Below are positions 34,112-39,952 of a stretch of 39,952 nt of DNA, one piece after another. The DNA lies in assembly GCA_001687465.1 (NCBI GenBank), contig LVLI01000081.1, forward strand, positions 1-39,952, given 5' to 3'. Numbering within the stretch: position 1 is the stretch's first letter; each line of letters opens with the position of its first letter. A program made the position numbers and the translations under genes. The notes under the pieces were generated by a model, which saw nothing but the letters and a program-made list of their open reading frames with translations, had not been told where the DNA came from and searched no databases. The DNA comes from Halocafeteria seosinensis. Taxonomy: Eukaryota.

Positions 34112-36089
34112 CTAATAACGCTTTCGCATGTATAGAACGTTGACCTTAGTATCTTCTGGAATCAATTCAACCCGCCTCTCGGTGGCAAGCAATTCTATCG
34201 TAGCCGCATCATCGACATGCTCTGCAACCTCGCCACTCCATTCGAAACCTGAACATAACGTAGCAACAGAGTGTTGGTGTGCTTATCAGTCGGAGCACGC
34301 ATTGCACATTGAGAACTATCCCAACTTACGAATACTGAAATCCAAGGTATCCTTGAATTCGGATATGTTTGTCTCGCTAACCCCAGGAACATTGTCGATA
34401 AGCTCTTGGCGGAATCGCTTGCAGAAATATCGTTTCAATGATTTCACCTTCGTAGTGACGGGTACCAAAAACGTAACTGCGGATACATCAGGAATTTGAT
34501 TTTCCCTGGCGTGTCTTCGAAACGAGACATACACCCGGGGATCCCGGCGGTCACCGCTCTTCCCTGATTTCGAAGTTTCATTCCGGGGAGACGGCTTATG
34601 TTCTTTCCTTTCAGCGGGCTTCCGCTCTCGGCCCCAGTGCTGCTGGGTAGGATAATCCCTTGCGTTAAAAACGTCTTCACTCGATTCAACAGACGTCTCT
34701 CCTCTAACTTCGTTTTTCCTTGGGCGGCCCATTTTCTTACGGCGACCATCCCCTTCGTGGGTTTGATTGGCAGAACGGCGTCTTTTAACAGCCGGACTAC
34801 TAGGAGGACTAGCGTCATCATCTGAATCAGCTGTACGTTTCCTGCGCAAGTCTCCCGCGGCGTCCGCTCCCTGTGCTAGTGCGCTCGTATGTTCTCGGCT
34901 TGCGGCAGTAATCTTGTCGAGTCTTTCCTTTTCTAGAGCTTCGTATTTTTCTCTGTCAGGGTACATGAGTGCTATTAACTGCATAGCAAGGTACACATAA
35001 CTACCTTTAGATGTGGTTGGCATTAGGCATGAAGACGGTGAGATACTTACAGCATCGAATCTCTGATCTTGTTGGCAAGATCTTCGAGAAGGCACCCGGG
35101 CTCGGCAGCTTGGACATTCATTTTGCAACACTCGCAAAGACTGCTCCATACAGTCCTGACAAAATCGATGTAAACACTGCAGAGTCATTACCACTATTAA
35201 CAAGGAGAATGCCTCGTGTTAACACAATTCTTCAGCTCAGACTTACTTGTTTAATGCATCGGGTGTCATTTATGATGCTATAGCAGATTTGGCACTCAAA
35301 GAAGTGGTTCAGCTGGCTCGTTGGTAAGCTTACATTAATCTCCTTGTCAACCTGTACGAGAAGCATTCACGCTTAGTGAAGCAACAAGCTGGCCCGTATA
35401 ACTTGAATTCCGAGGGGAAACATTTAAACACGTACTTTTTTCACCTTGGGAGCAGTAACGTCCTTTGGTCCAAGATGGGACAAGATCTGTCGTCCGCAAG
35501 CCTGACGAAGAAAAGAGCAAGTCTTCAACCAAAAAGTTACTGCATGTAGTGACTATCATGTACGTACTGCGCGAGCACTTGGTTTCGGTTTCCAAAGAGG
35601 ATTGTGCTTCTTGTTATATTCCAATTCTTCCGTCATGGTTTGAGCCACGGACACGTTCTTTGGGTTGCTTGTGGCGTTGAAAGCTTTGCTGCTGCTGGTG
35701 GTGGAACCCGGCTTTGATGGGCCAGGGGTAGGAGCCGAAGTTGCTCCTAAGCTAGCGGCAGTGGTTGCACCACTATTGGATTCCGGGGCAGAGTTGCCAT
35801 TGGAAGGCGAAGAGGGCGTAGATGATTCCATGTTGAGATCCCCTGAATGAGAGCTCGGTTCTTCCATGGTTCCACTCTCGTCCTTTTCACTGCAGACCGT
35901 CGCAGTATCTGCTTGTGTCTGAGCGGCAACTTCTGAAGTACTGGTTGTAACGGAAACAGTCACAGACGGGGCAGAAAGAGCCTTTGAAGTGGCCAAAGAA
36001 GGTGTCTGGGCTGTGAACGCCGCCGCCGGGCTTGGTTGAGTAGATGGATGCACGCCAGTTCCAGGAGTCGTGCCGATACTGCTATCCAT
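34112..36089 (-). CDS. RING1: RING1/RNF2-like E3 ubiquitin ligase (PRC1 catalytic subunit-like) with C-terminal RAWUL-like domain, 6 exons
   Basis: Introns 35502-35567 (acceptor may be 15 nt further on), 35352-35435, 35177-35246, 34979-35050 and 34249-34329. The spliced RING reads ECQICYSIINDTRCIKQCLHRFCQDCMEQSLRVLQNECPSCRARVPSRRS..DQRFDALIALMYP. The C-terminus is ubiquitin-like (VSFRRH..FLVPVTTKVKSLKRYF..VLY). Confidence 0.8.
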
Positions 36090-36527
36090 ACTGAAACTAT
36101 AAAGACTGGTACAGTTGGGAAGAAATACAGGTATACGTATTTATTGACACCCACAAATGCGTGCATGTAGGCTATTGTATCCCACAGACTTGACCTGACA
36201 CAGAGAACCCCATGCCCGAAGGACATAAGATGAGGCGTGACCGAACCAAGGTCCTACAAATGATTGATGGGTTCATGTACATGTACGCCGATATTCGAAT
36301 TCGACAGTGGAGTAACTAGAGAAGCCAAAGCCTTGGTGCTGGTGAAACAGATCGCATGGAGGATTTTGCACAGCACATGCGCTGCTGCCAACAACACAAC
36401 ACGAAGTTGACCACTGCGGTGCTTCCAATACCATGGTACTACAACTACTATTTTTCGCCTTCTCCAGTACCAACAATAGAAGGAACGGGTATTTTCACTT
36501 GTGTGTGATAACAGAATCGCAAAAGCC

Positions 36528-36574
36528 CAATTGTGTGCTAACGGGACAAACTTTCGGTTCAATTGTGTGCTAAC
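36528..36574 (+). repeat. 15-bp direct repeat caattgtgtgctaac x2
   Basis: Copies at 36528-36542 and 36560-36574. A third gtgctaac core lies near 36599-36606. Confidence 0.85.
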
Positions 36575-36656
36575 AGGGTTGTTTGTTCCTTCACATGGGT
36601 GCTAACTAGAGGCATGTGGGCTTTAATAATTAGGGTGTCAGGTACAAAACCGTACC

Positions 36657-37226
36657 CAGAGGGCAGCAAGCTTGGGCCAAGCCTTGGAACTTGGGGTGGG
36701 CGATGCTTGCTTGGACCCCGGTCCAAGCCTGGGGTCAAAAAACGCGCGTAAATTACAAATTCGAATGTGGTCCGTTGGGTCCAGAAACAACTTTCAAACA
36801 AGGCTACTAAGCCTCATAGAACCCGCTTTGTTACCACATTTCAGGAGTATATTCAATTGAGAACTCTCCTAGTCTACCGTATCAAATGTAGCTTCAAAAA
36901 TCCGGCTGGCAAATAAGCCAGACTAAAGAACGACACGACTGTAGCACATACATCAAAATACATAACTACTCTTCTGTGACCATTCTGAATCATTTAGCGT
37001 CTGTTCATCCCAATGCACAAGCCAATGAAGCCAATACATCGTGTAGGCTACTCGTAGCTTCCCTGAGGTATTGGCCTCCCCGGTGTCCGCGGCCTTGTGA
37101 AAAATTACAAAAAAGGTACAAGAATCCCACAAACTTTCCTTCGTCTTACCCAAGCCTTGGTTACTTGCTTGGGCGAAAGGGCGGCTTGCTTGGGAAATAC
37201 CCAAGCAATCAAGTTGCCGCCCTCTG
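36657..37226. mobile_element. Non-autonomous DNA transposon/MITE-like element (hAT-like CAG termini), 570 bp
   Basis: Terminal inverted repeats cagagggcagcaa (36657-36669) / ttgccgccctctg (37214-37226), one mismatch. Clusters of ccaagc/gcttgg occur inside both ends. No TSD visible. Confidence 0.6.
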
Positions 37227-37672
37227 GTCTCGCCCGTTCCCCGCCTGGTTCAACTGCGCGTCCTCGGCTATTGGGTATTGTCCCTGGTACTGTGGGTTGT
37301 TCATGTATGGCAGGGAAATACAACAACAAGAACTGTAGAAACATAACTCGTGATCCCCATTCGGAAGCCCGCTCAAAGTTACTAGTCGGGCTATGTGCAT
37401 GTACTGCGGCGGTTGGATTTCCACCTTGAAGCCATCATGAGCCATTGAGAGCTACAGCCCTTGTTTCTCTCTTTCGCGACACTGCTGTATCTAACAGGTT
37501 TTCCGGTATTACCACTTACCCAAAATCCAAAACCGCGGTGGCGAGGGTAATTTTGTACCTTCCAGGCCAGAGCATCTAAACATTGTACACGCTTATAGCA
37601 AGGCAAAAGGACAAACAAAACCTCTACAACTCGATCTCTACGTAATAGCGCAGTCGACGCTATGGTTGAGTA

Positions 37673-38740
37673 ATGATGGACATTCTTTTGAATTTTGAAC
37701 CCTCCGGTGCTTTTAGGATCGGCATTCTCCTATTCATGTTTGCAATTCATTGTACGTCAGCATCCAGTGAAGCAGCAGATATTGGACCTGAGAGAGAATT
37801 AGAATTTACGTCCGTGGGTTGGCAAACGTGGAGAGTGCCCCAGCATGTGTACTGTGTTGATGTATTCTTGGTAGGTGGAGGGGGCGGTGCCAGTGAACGC
37901 GGAGGAGGGGGAGGTGGATATACAGGAACATTCTTAGGTATATTTGTAACACCAGGAGAGTCGATAAATATCAAAGTCGGAGAAGGAGGTGGCAAAGGAA
38001 AAAGGTGCTCAAGAGGAGAAAGTGCTAAAGATGGCGGCTTCTCGCAATTCATGAAATCAGCGTATCGAGTAGCAGGCGGTAGAAGTAGCGCAGTTTCGTC
38101 ACACAGAGGCGGTGATGGCGGCTCTGGTGGATCATCCGGACGCGGCGGTCGAACGTGTCCGAATGCATCTCATGGAGCCGATGGCGGGAAAGATGGCTCG
38201 AACGGATCGGGACCTTCAGAAGGGAAAGGTCAGGGAACTACAACCCGAGCATTTGGTGAATCAGATGGGAGGTTGTATTCCGGTGGAGGTGGTGGTGCTG
38301 ACTGTCAAGCTTGCCACGGCCGAGGAGGTGCTGGAGGTGGAGGCAATGCTGGTAAAGATGGTAAGCCAAACACCGGGGGTGGCGGAGGTGGAACAAGCGT
38401 AAATTTTGGCTGGAGTAATTTCCATTGTAAGTGTCGTACTGGTAGAATCATTCAAGGAGGCAGCGGAGGATCCGGCATCGTTATTCTAAGATACCGGGAG
38501 CGAGCCTGCCAAAGCCCCACACCTACCTCAACCCATAGCATGACAGCAACTCCAACTTCGACTCATACACAAACATCTTCGAAGACTCCCAGTAATACTC
38601 CTTCTGAAACGCCTAGTCACAGCTCCTCAAATACAGCAAGTCAATCTGCTTCGCAAACAATGACGAGTAGCTCTTCTCCGCGTCCGAAGAGGATACAGAT
38701 AACAAATCTTCCCGCTCAGCGTCCTCGCCGAGGAGGTTAG
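37673..38740 (+). CDS. Secreted glycine-rich-domain protein with Ser/Thr-rich stalk
   Basis: Hydrophobic signal, then FTSVG..TWRVP..V..VDVFLVGGGGG, VTPGESINIKVGEGG, YSGGGGG, NTGGGGGG and GGSGGSGIVILRY, then a T/S/P-rich tract. The 3' end may be spliced. Confidence 0.75.
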   Translation: MMDILLNFEPSGAFRIGILLFMFAIHCTSASSEAADIGPERELEFTSVGWQTWRVPQHVYCVDVFLVGGGGGASERGGGGGGYTGTFLGIFVTPGESINIKVGEGGGKGKRCSRGESAKDGGFSQFMKSAYRVAGGRSSAVSSHRGGDGGSGGSSGRGGRTCPNASHGADGGKDGSNGSGPSEGKGQGTTTRAFGESDGRLYSGGGGGADCQACHGRGGAGGGGNAGKDGKPNTGGGGGGTSVNFGWSNFHCKCRTGRIIQGGSGGSGIVILRYRERACQSPTPTSTHSMTATPTSTHTQTSSKTPSNTPSETPSHSSSNTASQSASQTMTSSSSPRPKRIQITNLPAQRPRRGG

Positions 38741-39069
38741 CCAAATGATACCAAGGTCATACCGGTAATGAATACGTTACCTTTACGAAGCCATGCAGCA
38801 GTGGGAAGTGCAATTGGTCGGGCAACCAGAACGAGTACGGCAATTCTCTGACTACGTTGAGATTCCAACAAGCTGGAAGACATGAATAAGAACGTGACGT
38901 CGTTTACGATGTAGCCATTTAATGAATTATCCAGAAACTAACGTCGACGCGAATCCTGTCAGCCACGAGTGTAGGATGAATTTGTACTGGAGATGCTTAA
39001 TGTTTATTGATATATCAATACGAATGGCATCGCTCACTCAGTGGAAGTGGAGAAGTATACTGCATGCGC

Positions 39070-39139
39070 ACGAGGTAGAAGTCTATATAGACGGCGTAGA
39101 GTCATGCCCGCGTTAAGGGTGAACGAGGTAGAAGTCTAT
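39070..39139 (+). repeat. 17-bp direct repeat acgaggtagaagtctat x2
   Basis: Copies at 39070-39086 and 39123-39139. Confidence 0.85.
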
Positions 39140-39579
39140 GGAGAGGAATGCGGTTGTAGACGTGCGGCACGAATGTTCAGTCACCCGGTTGTGGCATTGT
39201 AAAGATTGTAGCGAACGATGCAAGTAGCACAGTCTACGCTGCACACTCCCTCCTCGGACCAAGAGTCGTCGTCGAGATAGGGAGGGAAAGCATTGATGTC
39301 CTATGGGTTTACGTCAAAACTTTGAAATCCCGCATTTGTTTGGTCTCGGTCCTCAGAGTGGAACAGCGGGGCCGTCGCAGAGACTGACGGGAAACGCTAC
39401 ATAAGCAGATGGGCACCTAACCATAGCATCTTTGCTCTAACCGGGTGGCATTGGAGAAGCTGCAATCAAGTTTATGAAGGAGATCGCTACTACAGTTCAG
39501 CAGATTACAAGGAGTCGAGCAGCTTATCGATCTGAAAAGCAACCGGTACTGGCAGAGTGTCTTCTAACGGATCCCAAAA

Positions 39580-39927
39580 TTACTGAAAAGAAACCCCGAG
39601 GTCTTCCCTGAGATTGACTACTGGTCCCCAAGTGTCCTTGTGGTTCCTTCTCCACTTGACACAGACCTTGTTGCAGGAAGAGTCAAACTTCCGGAATTTC
39701 TCTACTATCCGAATACCGTTGCCCTTCACCTGTTGGTTTTTCGTTTGCCGTGGCTTCTTTGGAATGCCCTTGCACGTTGCTACAGGTGGCTTTCGCTTCC
39801 GGGACAATTGTGACCCCTTTGGTTTTGTGGGCGATGCTTGCAATGCCTTTGGTTTTGTGGACAATGCTTGCAATGCCTTCGGTATGGCGGACGATGCTTG
39901 TGGTGCGTCAGATGAGGTGTGTAACAT
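39580..39927 (-). pseudogene. Degenerate chromodomain-like ORF fragment with 10-aa repeats
   Basis: IVEKFRKFD..KVCVKWRRNHKDTWGPVVNLREDLG aligns by eye with the chromodomain at about 6660-6785. The downstream frame is riddled with stops. Confidence 0.45.
39816..39905. repeat. 30-bp minisatellite, 3 imperfect copies
   Basis: cctttggttttgtgggcgatgcttgcaatg-like units at 39816, 39846 and 39876, encoding KALQASPTKP-like repeats on the minus strand. Confidence 0.9.
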
Positions 39928-39952
39928 ATTCCAACTCTCAAGGTTTCAGCAT

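Noticed and set aside
39360..39378. ggaacagcggggccgtcgc resembles 7120-7138 of the retroelement
   Set aside because: A short isolated match with no flanking extension, on the opposite strand to the nearby chromo-like fragment.
1..39952. tRNA, rRNA or snRNA genes
   Set aside because: I recognised no cloverleaf, rRNA or Sm-site signatures by eye. tRNAscan-SE and Infernal would be needed to exclude them.

Overview
Gene-dense eukaryotic genomic DNA, probably from a protist (a stramenopile is plausible but unproven). Short GT-AG spliceosomal introns of about 58-84 nt split most genes, so the ORF track fragments them. Manually spliced genes include a CCCH zinc-finger/DUF3825-like protein, TMEM135-like, a metzincin-like peptidase, TM9SF1-like nonaspanin, a TIM21/Coa1-like mitochondrial protein, three tandem paralogous multi-pass membrane genes, a class I SAM methyltransferase, a secreted peptidoglycan-binding/L,D-transpeptidase(YkuD)-like protein, a RING1/RNF2-like PRC1 subunit and a secreted glycine-rich protein. 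Accessory islands (about 4.3-9.5 kb, 29.4-31.6 kb and 36.2-40 kb) hold a decayed Crinkler/RHS-type P-loop gene, a decayed GLUG-repeat gene, a hAT-like MITE and four 5'-truncated copies of a retroelement ending in a (GT)n tail. The longest copy encodes RNase H followed by a chromodomain. All family assignments are by eye from motifs; no database searches were run.
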